Source: Chthonomonadales bacterium (GTDB taxonomy: Bacteria > Armatimonadota > Chthonomonadetes > Chthonomonadales > CAJBBX01). From it: DNA of 64,000 nucleotides. Made by a program: the position numbers and the translations under genes. The first letter of the stretch is position 1. Each line of letters begins with the position of its first letter. The DNA lies in the NCBI GenBank assembly GCA_049967475.1, contig JBMFSQ010000002.1, positions 192,001 through 256,000 of the forward strand. The letters run 5' to 3'. The notes below the pieces were generated by a model that saw only the letters and a list, made by a program, of their open reading frames with translations, made no database searches and was not told where the DNA came from. Positions 20,511-30,737 of the stretch are shown piece by piece.

Positions 20511-21122
20511 CTATGGCGAAAAGTAGGGGGCGAGCCTCCGCTGGAGCGCTTTGCGGGCCCGGCTCAATCGGGACTTGATGGTTCCCACAGGCACGCCAAA
20601 GAGGTCGGCAATCTCTTCCACGCGCATCTCTTCCACATGATGGAGCACAATGACGGCGCGGTAATCAGGCGGAAGGGCGTCTATGGCAGCATGGATCAGC
20701 CGGCTGGATTCCGACGCGTCCAGGATGCGGTCAGGCTCTGCAGCGGGATCCGCCAGTTCCAGATGCCCGCACGGGTCTCCTTCCGGACCATAGGGCGCAT
20801 CTATAGAAGCAACGACGGGTGCTGCGCGCCGCCGCCGGATGTGATCCAGGCAGAGGTTTATAGCGATTTTGCGCACCCAAGACGCGGCAGCGCCCTGGGC
20901 TCGAAGCCGTGGAAGCGCACGGTACACGCGCACGAATGTTTCCTGCGTCAGATCCGCGGCATCCCCTTCGTTCCGCACCATCCGGTAAATAAGACGGTAG
21001 GTTCTCCGGTAACACGCGTCCACCAGTTCGGCGAAGAAGGCATCGGCAGAAGCGGCCGAGGCGTCGGTGGCTTCAGCAACGAGCTGATCCGATAGGCCCC
21101 GCACGCGAAACAGGTTGATCAC
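20511..21122 (-). CDS. ECF sigma factor
   Basis: DAADLTQETFVR, WVRKIAINLCLD, EEIADLFGVPVGTIKSRLSRAR; AAGGAGG RBS. Confidence 0.92.
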   Translation of the reverse strand: MINLFRVRGLSDQLVAEATDASAASADAFFAELVDACYRRTYRLIYRMVRNEGDAADLTQETFVRVYRALPRLRAQGAAASWVRKIAINLCLDHIRRRRAAPVVASIDAPYGPEGDPCGHLELADPAAEPDRILDASESSRLIHAAIDALPPDYRAVIVLHHVEEMRVEEIADLFGVPVGTIKSRLSRARKALQRRLAPYFSP

Positions 21123-21416
21123 CGGTTCCCCTCCTTCCGCAAACCGCTGAAAGCAAAGAACATCCGGGCGCTCGATGTTGCTTACCTACTCTGACGCTCT
21201 AGTTACTCGTTTGTGACAAGGAAATTCCGGAAACGCCGCGCTCATGATGACACGCCGGCACCAAAGCCCCTCCATCGGCAGAGCCGGCAACCTCGGGGAA
21301 CGCCGGGCGGTCACTCTCCCGTATACGGACCGGGGTTGGTGCGTTCGGGCCGGCAAAGTCGGCACCAAAGGGCATGCACTTTTGTATTCTCATGGGTATG
21401 CCGGGGGGAGTTGCCT

Positions 21417-24400
21417 GTGAACCGCCTCATCGTTGCCATCGTCGCTGCTTCCATTGTTCTCCTGGCGTGCCGCGCGGGAGCTCAAGGATATCGGAATGTG
21501 GTCAATACCCGCTTCAACACCATCGCCAATGGGCCCCTGAATGCGCTCATCGTGGATGGGTCGCCCCGTTCCAACCAAACACTGGCGGCGGTAATGAACC
21601 GGGTGGCTGTTGTACGCCGGGCGCGCCGAAGCGCTGTTGCCCGTGAGATTGCCTTATTGCAGCGCGCCGGCGCCCTGAAGCCCTCTGCAACACCAGGCAT
21701 CCCCGATCTGGTGGTGCTGCGACAGAACGGTCGCCTGGTCCTTCCCGCCCAGAAACCCCACCGCGGGCCCAACGATATTACCTTCGTCCTTCCCATCACT
21801 ACCCAATCCGGCGACGGCGGCTGGACGGCTCCCCAGCAGCAGGACCTTCAGCAGATCATCAACATCGTCTATCCGGAGCTCAAGAACGTCTATGGGAACC
21901 CTTCGTGGTCCGGGCAGGTTACCGTTCTGGACGGCGACAACCTTTCTCCCGCGCTTGCAGACCGCCCTGCGCTTTCCGGCGGCATTTATAACGTGTCTAC
22001 CCAGCAAATCATCTTTGCCCAATACAACAGCGCTCAGACACGGGTGCTGAACCTTACGCAGATGATGGCACTGGCCTTCCGCGGAGCTTCGGGCATCTCG
22101 TACGATGCATGGGAGGCAGGCATGGCCCGAGCCGCCACCGTGCTTACCGTGCGCAACGTGCTTCCGCGCATCCAGCCCCTTTATGCCGAACCCATCAACG
22201 TGTCCGACCCGCTCTATCATAAGCTAGATTACTATGACTGGCTGAACCAGCCTCCTTTGGGCAATGACCGCTTCTATCCCATCCCGCAACAGAACAACCC
22301 GGTAAACCCTACGAGCCTCGCAGGCATGCTTGTGCCCAGGCTCCAGATGTCCGCATCGGCGTGGTTGAAGGTCGCAGCCGAAAACCCTTCCTTCTTCCAT
22401 GCCTTCAACGACGCCTACTATGCAGCATTGGCAGCCAATCCAAACCTCAGGAACAACATCCCAGGTCTGAAGACACTTGCCGCCGGGATCGTTCCCACCG
22501 TGGAAGGCCTCCCATTTGCCGATTGGTACAGTCGCCAATACGTACTAGACACGAGCGTGTCCATAGGCAATAAACTTTACGCATGGGCACTTCCGGTGCG
22601 GCCCGACGCCGGCCAGGATGATTACGCCCTCGCCGTGGTCTTGGTTTACTACAAAACCGTGATCACTTCGGGCGGGAACTCCGACGAAACGGAGCTCAAC
22701 GGGATCTGCTTCCCCATCTACTGGGACTACACATTCCAGAACCGCCTCTTCCTGGGAGCTCAATACGAACGTGTAGACATCCAAAGCGGGGTCGGAGCCG
22801 TGTCTCCAGTCTTCCTCAACAGTGTAGGCGGGGATGCCAACCTCCACGGGATGATGCGCATCACCATAGACTTCCCGGTGAACCTGGAGGTAGCCCGTCT
22901 TTCGGTAGCTCCTCGGTCCATGGGCACAGCCACAGCTCCCAACAACTTCTGGGGAACCATCATAGGAGCAGACACGGGCACAGTGCGCATTCAGACGGAG
23001 AACGGCGCAGATGCCCAGTTCAGCGTGCAGCAAGGCGCCTTTGGAGGCGCGGTGAACCTCCCATCCGGTTCGACTGCCTTCAACGGCATCGGGCGCGCCA
23101 CCATCACGTTCACGTCATCTACGGGCCAGACTGCGGTGCGCAAGATCAATACGGGCTACGGAGAACTCGCCGCAACCATCTACGCCGCGGACCCCGTGTC
23201 CAGCCTCACGCATACCTTTGCCGCCGGTCCCCAGATGGTAGCCTTCCCTATACGGCCCCTTAAGCCCAAGGCTGCCGATGCTCTTCTGGATCCTGCCACC
23301 CATGAGCCGCTCTTCAATGACACGAACCTGCTGATGGCCCGGTGGCGACAGGATGCCCCCGGCGATGATAAGTATTTGCGCTATCCGTCCATGGATCCCA
23401 TCACGCCGGGATACGGATACTGGATCAACCTGCCGGCTCAAACAACCATCGAGATCAACGGACAGATGGCCGACAGTCAAACCGACCTCTCTGCAGGGCT
23501 CACCCATGGATGGAACCAGATCGGCAATCCCTATACCCAACCGATCGCCCTCAACAGCCTTCAATTTCAGTACCAAGCCGATAACGTGCCGCGAGATCTG
23601 CAAACGGCCATCAGCTTGGGATGGATCGCTGCGCAAAACATCCCGCAGGTGGGCCAGGTAGCCGTTTGGCAGTTCGATCCTGCGAATGGGTACACACCTG
23701 CCTCATCGCTGGATCCCTGGCGGGGTTATTGGATCAGGGTCAACGTGTCCGAGGGCCTTACCATCACGTATCCCAATCCGGGTCGTTCCGTAAAAACCGG
23801 GCAAGCCCAGCGCAGCTCTTCGCCCACGGCGCCTCAAGGTTGGTCCGCAATCCTGCGCGTACGTGCCGAGGACGGATCGGCTTCATCCGTCATCCTCGGG
23901 CGGGCCGATGGAGCTGCGGACGGTTACGATGCCCGCTTCGATGCACTCCTGCCCCCCGGGTTCAGCCGCGCTGGGCCAACCGTGTCCTTCCCCCACCCGG
24001 AATGGGGAGCAAACGCCGGAGAGTACTATAGCGAGGTGCATAGCCCGCTGTCGCCTGCGCCTTGGGATTTCCGAGTAACCGTGCCTGATCCGCGGAAGGT
24101 GTACACCCTCAACTGGCCCGGGTACCATAACCCTCCCGGCGGAACTCGCTTGGTCCTGGTGGATCCTTCCAACGGCCGAAGGGTATATCTGGACCGCGCT
24201 TCCGCGTACACGTTCGTACCCAATTCCTCGGCAGCATCCTTCCGCATCATACCGGAACTACGGGGCGCCGCAGCTCTGCGCATCTTCAATCTGACGGCAG
24301 TGTCTTCCAGGGCATCAGGGATGCGCACAATGGAGATTGCCTACACCCTTTCGGCAGATGCCGAACTTACGGCGGAGATACGGGGCGGCGACGGAAGGCC

Positions 24401-24578
24401 GGTTCGGCATCTGGCTTCCGGCAGGGTAGCGCCCGCCGGCATAGGGCGTCTGATTTGGGATTTGCGATCCGACGCCGGCATCAGCGTTCCGGCAGGCGTC
24501 TATGTGCTGCAGATTTCGGCGCGCACGTCCGGCGGGCAAGCCGCTAGAGCCGTCCAGCCCATCGTGGTGGTGCGATAA
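21417..24578 (+). CDS. Large secreted protein with C-terminal FlgD-Ig-like domain
   Basis: Signal peptide from GTG 21417; GWNQIGNPY motif; C-term YTLSADAELTAEI...GRPVRHL...IWDLRSDAGISVPAGVY. Confidence 0.7.
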   Translation: MNRLIVAIVAASIVLLACRAGAQGYRNVVNTRFNTIANGPLNALIVDGSPRSNQTLAAVMNRVAVVRRARRSAVAREIALLQRAGALKPSATPGIPDLVVLRQNGRLVLPAQKPHRGPNDITFVLPITTQSGDGGWTAPQQQDLQQIINIVYPELKNVYGNPSWSGQVTVLDGDNLSPALADRPALSGGIYNVSTQQIIFAQYNSAQTRVLNLTQMMALAFRGASGISYDAWEAGMARAATVLTVRNVLPRIQPLYAEPINVSDPLYHKLDYYDWLNQPPLGNDRFYPIPQQNNPVNPTSLAGMLVPRLQMSASAWLKVAAENPSFFHAFNDAYYAALAANPNLRNNIPGLKTLAAGIVPTVEGLPFADWYSRQYVLDTSVSIGNKLYAWALPVRPDAGQDDYALAVVLVYYKTVITSGGNSDETELNGICFPIYWDYTFQNRLFLGAQYERVDIQSGVGAVSPVFLNSVGGDANLHGMMRITIDFPVNLEVARLSVAPRSMGTATAPNNFWGTIIGADTGTVRIQTENGADAQFSVQQGAFGGAVNLPSGSTAFNGIGRATITFTSSTGQTAVRKINTGYGELAATIYAADPVSSLTHTFAAGPQMVAFPIRPLKPKAADALLDPATHEPLFNDTNLLMARWRQDAPGDDKYLRYPSMDPITPGYGYWINLPAQTTIEINGQMADSQTDLSAGLTHGWNQIGNPYTQPIALNSLQFQYQADNVPRDLQTAISLGWIAAQNIPQVGQVAVWQFDPANGYTPASSLDPWRGYWIRVNVSEGLTITYPNPGRSVKTGQAQRSSSPTAPQGWSAILRVRAEDGSASSVILGRADGAADGYDARFDALLPPGFSRAGPTVSFPHPEWGANAGEYYSEVHSPLSPAPWDFRVTVPDPRKVYTLNWPGYHNPPGGTRLVLVDPSNGRRVYLDRASAYTFVPNSSAASFRIIPELRGAAALRIFNLTAVSSRASGMRTMEIAYTLSADAELTAEIRGGDGRPVRHLASGRVAPAGIGRLIWDLRSDAGISVPAGVYVLQISARTSGGQAARAVQPIVVVR

Positions 24579-24775
24579 TAGCGAGCGGTGAGCGGTGAGC
24601 ACCGCGTGGGGGCTCCTCCTTTCCTCCCCGTGAACAAGGGAGGAAGAGCATCCTCCCCGCGGGCGGCGAGGGTTGGGGCGGGGGTTCTGTAAACTGTAAA
24701 ACGGGAAGCACCCCTTTTATTTATTCCCCCGCAAACGGGGATGGAGAGTTGGGAGTGGATAGAAAGCGAGGCAGC

Positions 24776-25675
24776 GTGAAGCACTTTCTGAGGATTGCCG
24801 CGTTGTTAGGCCCCTTGGGCCTCGTAGCCTGTGGCGGTGGAGGGGGTGGCGGGCCGACAGGGGATGTCGCGGGTACCGTTTACGTGGTTGGAGCCGCCGC
24901 GCTCCAGGGAGCTGTCGTGACTATTGGCGGCCGGCAAACGCAGACGGACGTGGGCGGCAACTTCCTGATGCGCAGTGTGCCCGTCAATGCAGGTACCCTT
25001 TCCATCACGGGGAGTGGCATTCAACCCCTCACCCAGCCGCTTGCACCCCTTACTCCCAATGCGCGCAATGACTTGGGAAACATCTTCGTCGTGGCCTCCG
25101 GGGGCGCTTATACCGCCGATGTCCAAGGCACGGTTGTGCGTTCCGACACGCTGCAACCAGTGTCTGGCGCGCGCGTGCTCCTCAACGGGATGGTGTTCGT
25201 GACCGGCGCCGACGGCAAGTTCCAATTCACCAAGCTGCCGGTGGGTCTTGGGGGCGGAACCATCCCGGTAGGATTGATCACACTCCATGACGCCAACGGC
25301 ATCCCGTTGCTGGAAGACAAGCCCCTTCTTCTGGACCTGCCCCTTGGCGCCTCGCCTCCAGTCAACGATTTAGGCCTCATTCCCATGTCTCCGCCCGTGG
25401 GCTCGATCCCCGGCGGCCCGTACAACATCCGCGGTACGGTAACGCTTCAAGGGCTCACGGATTACAGCGGCACTACCGTCACCCTCATCGCTAAGGCCAC
25501 GGGCTCAACCGTGCAAACCTTCACTACGGACGCCTCGGGAGGCTACGGCTTCTGGGTGGTTCCCGGCGCCTACACGGTGAAGGCGGAACATGCAGGCTTC
25601 ACCACTCAGCAAGCAGACGTTACCCTTACTGCGCCCGATCAGCCGGTGACGCACAACTTCACGCTGACACCGTGA
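24776..25675 (+). CDS. Lipoprotein with three carboxypeptidase-regulatory-like (Cna-B/PEGA-type) beta-sandwich repeats
   Basis: Lipobox LVAC then poly-Gly; repeats GTV...GA.V...TD..G.F. Confidence 0.75.
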   Translation: MKHFLRIAALLGPLGLVACGGGGGGGPTGDVAGTVYVVGAAALQGAVVTIGGRQTQTDVGGNFLMRSVPVNAGTLSITGSGIQPLTQPLAPLTPNARNDLGNIFVVASGGAYTADVQGTVVRSDTLQPVSGARVLLNGMVFVTGADGKFQFTKLPVGLGGGTIPVGLITLHDANGIPLLEDKPLLLDLPLGASPPVNDLGLIPMSPPVGSIPGGPYNIRGTVTLQGLTDYSGTTVTLIAKATGSTVQTFTTDASGGYGFWVVPGAYTVKAEHAGFTTQQADVTLTAPDQPVTHNFTLTP

Positions 25676-25714
25676 CGAGTATGCCGAGCGGGGAGTAGCG
25701 GCAGGGGTATGAGA

Positions 25715-25738
25715 AGGGGCGAAAGATCTTTCGCCCCT
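25715..25738. repeat. Perfect 24-bp palindrome, REP-like or bidirectional terminator
   Basis: AGGGGCGAAAGATCTTTCGCCCCT between convergent genes. Confidence 0.6.
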
Positions 25739-25813
25739 ATCGAGCAGAGAGCGGCACAGGTTCCATCCTGAGAAAACCACCCAGCCTGTGCGTGGACGCA
25801 CGCAGACAGGCCG

Positions 25814-26767
25814 TCAGCCAACGGCGTCTTCCTTCCATCCCCGCACCACGGCATCGGCCATACGCACTACGCGCACCATCTCGCGCACATCGTGCACCCG
25901 CACCAATGCCGCCCCGCCTGCAATGGCCAATGCCACCGTAGCGGCAGTCCCTTCCAAACGCTCTTCAACCGGCAGTCCGCCCAAGACCTTTCCGATGGTG
26001 GACTTCCTGGAGGTTCCCAGAGCCACGGGCAGCCCCAGAGTTCCGAACTCGCGCAATCGCCGGAGGAGTTCCAGGTTCTGCTCGGCAGTCTTCCCGAACC
26101 CAAAGCCTGGATCCACAAAGATGTGCTCTCGAGAAATCCCTGCCGCCGCAGCCGCTTCCACGCGCCCCGCCAGCCACTCCCGCACCTCCGCGACCACATC
26201 GGTGTAGCGGGGATCCTGCTGCATGGTGCGCGGAGTGCCCTTGATATGCATCAGGATCACCGGTACGTGAAGATCGGCAACCGTCGCTGCCATGTCGGCA
26301 TCGAAGGTCATAGCGCTGATATCGTTCACCATGGCCGCACCCGCTTCAACGGCTCTTCGGGCAACTGCGGCCTTATAGGTGTCTATCGAAAGCGGTACGG
26401 GGCAGCGCGCCGATAGCTCGCGGATCACGGGTAGGACGCGCTCCAGCTCTTGATCCACCGTTAGGGGTTCGGCACCTGGCCGGGTGGACTCACCGCCGAT
26501 GTCTATGAGATCGGCTCCCTCCTCCGCCATTTGGAGGCCGTGACGCACTGCGGCGTCCGGATCCAAATACCGCCCTCCATCGGAGAACGAGTCCGGCGTA
26601 ACATTGAGGATGCCCATCACCAGAGTGCGGGTTCCGTGACGGGCGATGGCGAGCAGATATTCCATGGAGCGCGGCTCCAACAGCATCCTCCTGCTTGTTA
26701 CGGCAAGCAATTCCCCACGCAAGGATGCCGGTTCTGCACCGGCTTGGGGGTCAGCGCGGCTCGGCAC
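25814..26767 (-). CDS. folP: Dihydropteroate synthase
   Basis: MGILNVTPDSFSDGG, IGGESTRPG, SIDTYK, DPGFGFGK, SRKS, RVHDV; exact start uncertain. Confidence 0.95.
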   Translation of the reverse strand: MPSRADPQAGAEPASLRGELLAVTSRRMLLEPRSMEYLLAIARHGTRTLVMGILNVTPDSFSDGGRYLDPDAAVRHGLQMAEEGADLIDIGGESTRPGAEPLTVDQELERVLPVIRELSARCPVPLSIDTYKAAVARRAVEAGAAMVNDISAMTFDADMAATVADLHVPVILMHIKGTPRTMQQDPRYTDVVAEVREWLAGRVEAAAAAGISREHIFVDPGFGFGKTAEQNLELLRRLREFGTLGLPVALGTSRKSTIGKVLGGLPVEERLEGTAATVALAIAGGAALVRVHDVREMVRVVRMADAVVRGWKEDAVG

Positions 26768-26830
26768 CTTGACACGTTCCTCCGTAGGGATTATGCTTAG
26801 CCTAGGGAACTGCGAACACGTGGGGATAGG

Positions 26831-27520
26831 TTACCTTGCAGCATACCGCCTGAGTTTGGCGGGATTCACCACAACGATGGCGCGGCCCTCCATGCGGATT
26901 GCACCCACGCGCCTGAGGTTCGCGAGCGCTCGATTGACCGTCTCCCGGGTGGCGCCGATGCGTTCGGCTATCTCCTGTTGGGAGAAGCGCACATCAATGC
27001 GTTGCCCGGATGCTGTAGGCGATCCGTGGGTTTGGAGGAGGCCAAGCAGAAACTCCGAGAGCCTGCCTGTTACGTTCAGTTCGCGAAAACTCTCCTGGTG
27101 ATCCGCTGCCTGCCTGAGGCGGTCGGCCAGGGTAGCCATGATGCTCAAGGCGATGCGTGGAGATTCTTCGATAGCCAGCAAAAAGCCTTCGCGGTCCAGA
27201 ACGAGAACGTCGCAAGCCTCGCTCGTAACCGCGTCGGCCATGCGAGGCTTGCCGTCTATCAGCGAGAGTTCGCCAAAGGGCTCCCCAGGGCCCCGTTCGG
27301 CGATGTGAACGACCTCTCCTGAAGCGGTTATCGTCTGGATGCTGACCCGCCCGCGCACAATCACATAGAGAGTATGGCCGGGATCTCCTTCGTGGAAGAT
27401 GGCTTCTCCGGCTGGAAAGCTGCGGCGGCGGCAGTGCGTGGAGAGCACAGCCAGTGCATCCTCGTCCAGTGCCGAGAAGATGGGTACCTGCTTCAGAAGA
27501 ATTTGGGTGGAGGTTTCCAT
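26831..27520 (-). CDS. CRP/FNR-family regulator (cNMP-binding, CRP-like)
   Basis: FGELSLIDGKPRMA phosphate-binding cassette; HTH SQQEIAERIGATRETVNRAL. Confidence 0.92.
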   Translation of the reverse strand: METSTQILLKQVPIFSALDEDALAVLSTHCRRRSFPAGEAIFHEGDPGHTLYVIVRGRVSIQTITASGEVVHIAERGPGEPFGELSLIDGKPRMADAVTSEACDVLVLDREGFLLAIEESPRIALSIMATLADRLRQAADHQESFRELNVTGRLSEFLLGLLQTHGSPTASGQRIDVRFSQQEIAERIGATRETVNRALANLRRVGAIRMEGRAIVVVNPAKLRRYAAR

Positions 27521-27625
27521 GATCGCGTCGTGCCGTGCCAATGACCGGGCGAGCCTCGGCACTATTATTCACCGTTCAGGAGGCAGCTTCCCTGCATGAA
27601 GAAGCCGCAGTGAGGTTCTAATGGT

Positions 27626-30331
27626 GTGATGCGCGATTTGCCGACCGGTATTCTGACCTTCCTGTTCACGGATATCGTGGGTTCCACCCGCTTGTGGGAG
27701 GAGCATCCCCAGGCGATGTCCCAGGCGTACGCCCGTCACGGCGCCATCATCGCCGATGCGGTGCAGACACACTCCGGAGTGCTGGTTCGCTCGCGTGGCG
27801 AAGGAGACAGCACCTTCTCGGTGTTCACACGCCCCGAAGACGCCGTAGCGGCTGCCTGCGCCCTGCAGATCGCGCTTCACCAAGAACCCTGGCCGCCGGA
27901 TGCAACGATACGGGTGCGCGCGGCCCTGCACACCGGCGAGGGCGAGACGGACGGCTACGATTACAACAGCGCCGACGTTAACCGCTGCGCCCGCATCCGC
28001 GCAATCGCCCATGGAGGTCAAACGCTTCTCTCCAGAGCCACAGCGGAACGCGTGCATGATGCCTTGCCCAAGGGAGCGTCTCTGCGAGACCTGGGTCTCC
28101 ACCGCCTCAAAGACCTCAGCCGCCCGGAACGCGTATTTCAGCTCCTCCACCCGGACCTTCCCGCGGACTTTCCGCCCCTGTTATCACTCAATGCACTGCC
28201 GAACAACCTCCCTCAGCACCTAACCTCCTTCATCGGGCGGCAGCGAGAGATCAAAGAGATTGGCGCGCAATTGGCCTCCGCACGCATACTGACGCTTGCC
28301 GGCCCCGGAGGGCTGGGCAAGACACGGCTAGCCCTTCAGGCTGCGGCACAGCTTCTGGATGAATTCCCAGGAGGCGTTTGGTTTGTGGATCTGGCGCCTC
28401 TCCGCGACGAGGGGCTCGTTCCCAGAGCCGTTGCCGGCGCCGTAGGCGCCCGGGATGAACCGGCTCGGGATACTCTGGATGTGCTCATCGCCCATCTTCG
28501 GGATCGGCGGGCGCTCATCGTTTTGGATAACTGTGAGCACCTTATCGGGGCGTGCGCGAAACTGGCAGAAGAACTCCTGGAACAGTGTTCGCTCCTCCGC
28601 ATCCTGGCCACCAGCCGGGAGCCGCTCCGCATCCCCGGCGAAACGGTGTGGCGCCTGATGCCCCTTACTTTCCCATCTTTAGAGGGACCCGTGCTTACTC
28701 CGGATCCGATCGTGCTTGGGCGCTACGATGCCGTACGCCTCTTTGTAGATCGTGCCCGATCGGCCAATGCGCAGTTCCGCCTTACTGCCGCCAACGCACC
28801 CGCCGTCACCGAAATCTGCCGCCGTCTGGACGGCATTCCTCTTGCGCTGGAGCTGGCAGCTTCCCGAACGGCCAGCCTCGGCATCGAGAACGTGTCCCGG
28901 CGACTGGATGACCTCTTTCGCCTCCTTACAGGCGGATCCCGAACCTCTCTGCCGCGCCAGCAGACCCTTGAAGCGCTCATCGGCTGGAGTTACGACCTTC
29001 TGGACGATGCGGAACGCGTGGTATTCCGCCGACTGGCCGTTTTCGCCGGGAGTTGGGATCTGGAAGCTGCAGAGGTCATCATCCCAGATGGACGCTCCAG
29101 GGGAGACCCGGCCCAGGATGTACTGACCATCCTGGCACAGCTCGTAGATAAGTCGCTCGTGATGCTGGAAGAGGATGGCAGCGGCGCGGAACGATACCGC
29201 ATGCTCCAAACCATAAGGGCCTATGCGCAACGCCGCCTGGACGAAGCCGGTGAGGCCGATGCGGTGGCGGCGCGCCATCTGGCCTATTACACAGCCATGG
29301 TTGAAAAAGCGGAACCTCAATTGGTGGGCCCGCATCAGGCCCAATGGCTGGATCGGCTGGAAGCGGACCATGACAATATCCGCGCTGCTTTGGCTTTTGC
29401 TCTCGCTGCCGGGCATACGGATGAGGGACTGCGCCTAGCCTCGGCGGTATGGCGTTTCTGGCTGGTGCGGGGCTACCTCAATGAAGGCAGAAGCAGGCTG
29501 GCGTCGCTGCTGGATGCCGCACGACCGCAGGCGCCAAGCCAAGCTTTTTGCAAGGCGCTCCATGCTGAAGGAAGGTTGGCAGGCTGCCAGGGAGACTATG
29601 AAGCCGCTTCAGCGCTGTTGCTCGAGGCCCTTCACCTGCAGGAGGCTCTAGGCGACAAGAGGGGTGCAGCGGCATCCCTGTTGTCCCTTGGGGTAGTGGC
29701 AGGCGAACGGGGCGATATGGATCAGGCCGAAGAGTATTTCCGCAGAAGCCTTAAAATCCAACAGGATGAGGGCGACGTGAGGGGTTCCGCCATGTCGCTT
29801 CAGAACCTGGGGAACGTTGCGGTCTACCGCCAGGACTGGCACACGGCCCGAAGTTTCCTGGAACAGAGCCTTCGGCTTTGCCGGCAAGTGGGCGACACGC
29901 AAGGAATGGCCATCGCCCTCAACAACCTCGGCCACATCTGTGCCCGCCTGGAGGATTTCGACACGGCCCATCGCTATTTCCGCGAGAGCCTTGCTCTATG
30001 CCGCAACTTGGGATACAAAGTGGGCATCGCTTCGGGCACGGATGAGATCGCCAAGCTTGCCGCCGCCAGGAATGATGCGGAGCGCGCTTGCCGCCTGATG
30101 GCAGCCTCCATCTCCCTGCGGGAAGAAATCCACGCCCCTGTACCACAGACCGACCGTGAGGAGTTTGATCGCCTGCTTTCATCCATCCGGTGCAGGCTCG
30201 GTCCCGAGCGCTTCGCCGCCGTGTGGAACGAGGGCCGAGCCATGTCCCTGGACGAAGCGGTAGCCTATGCCCTGGAGGACCTGGACGTTCCGGCCGGCAG
30301 CCCTCAACTGAAGCGCACCGCCGATGCCTGA
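27626..30331 (+). CDS. Class III adenylate/guanylate cyclase - STAND (NB-ARC-like) ATPase - TPR protein
   Basis: FLFTDIVGST, EGDS, VNRCAR; Walker A GPGGLGKT, Walker B LIVLDNCEH, GIPLALELAA; C-terminal TPRs (SLQNLGNVA, ALNNLGHIC). Confidence 0.9.
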   Translation: MMRDLPTGILTFLFTDIVGSTRLWEEHPQAMSQAYARHGAIIADAVQTHSGVLVRSRGEGDSTFSVFTRPEDAVAAACALQIALHQEPWPPDATIRVRAALHTGEGETDGYDYNSADVNRCARIRAIAHGGQTLLSRATAERVHDALPKGASLRDLGLHRLKDLSRPERVFQLLHPDLPADFPPLLSLNALPNNLPQHLTSFIGRQREIKEIGAQLASARILTLAGPGGLGKTRLALQAAAQLLDEFPGGVWFVDLAPLRDEGLVPRAVAGAVGARDEPARDTLDVLIAHLRDRRALIVLDNCEHLIGACAKLAEELLEQCSLLRILATSREPLRIPGETVWRLMPLTFPSLEGPVLTPDPIVLGRYDAVRLFVDRARSANAQFRLTAANAPAVTEICRRLDGIPLALELAASRTASLGIENVSRRLDDLFRLLTGGSRTSLPRQQTLEALIGWSYDLLDDAERVVFRRLAVFAGSWDLEAAEVIIPDGRSRGDPAQDVLTILAQLVDKSLVMLEEDGSGAERYRMLQTIRAYAQRRLDEAGEADAVAARHLAYYTAMVEKAEPQLVGPHQAQWLDRLEADHDNIRAALAFALAAGHTDEGLRLASAVWRFWLVRGYLNEGRSRLASLLDAARPQAPSQAFCKALHAEGRLAGCQGDYEAASALLLEALHLQEALGDKRGAAASLLSLGVVAGERGDMDQAEEYFRRSLKIQQDEGDVRGSAMSLQNLGNVAVYRQDWHTARSFLEQSLRLCRQVGDTQGMAIALNNLGHICARLEDFDTAHRYFRESLALCRNLGYKVGIASGTDEIAKLAAARNDAERACRLMAASISLREEIHAPVPQTDREEFDRLLSSIRCRLGPERFAAVWNEGRAMSLDEAVAYALEDLDVPAGSPQLKRTADA

Positions 30332-30725
30332 CCGCCGTCGCAAGCCGCGCGCTTACGGCGTCAAGGGGATGCGGCGCCCTGCCCGGTATTGGCCCTGGAT
30401 TGCCGGCCTCGTAGCAGCTTGGGCAAGCGCGGCGGTAATTCTGCGCATCATTCTCCTCGGCATAGCACGAAACGATCTCGCTGGAGCTCCAGCCCGGGAA
30501 GTTATCGGAACCGTCGTGCGCGTAGCGTTTCCCGGCAGGCATACGCGCTGGGGCCCGGCCACCCCCCAAGCCATCCTGCGCGTAGGGGGTCAGGAAGTGC
30601 CCGCAATCGTGATGGACACGGCCCGCAGCCTGCACCCAGGGCAGCGCATGCGCTTCACCGTTCGCATAGGCCGCAGCGGCCAATGGTACGTAGAAGCGGC
30701 CTCCCCAGCTCCCCCGGACCCGTAA
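30324..30725 (+). CDS. Small membrane-anchored hypothetical protein
   Basis: Overlaps cyclase stop; one TM then a beta-rich domain. Confidence 0.55.
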   Translation: MPDRRRKPRAYGVKGMRRPARYWPWIAGLVAAWASAAVILRIILLGIARNDLAGAPAREVIGTVVRVAFPGRHTRWGPATPQAILRVGGQEVPAIVMDTARSLHPGQRMRFTVRIGRSGQWYVEAASPAPPDP

Positions 30726-30737
30726 CGTTGAACGGCA

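Noticed and set aside
27521..27645. CRP box in the crp-cyclase intergenic region
   Set aside because: Only a TGTGA half site at the cyclase start, with no matching TCACA half.
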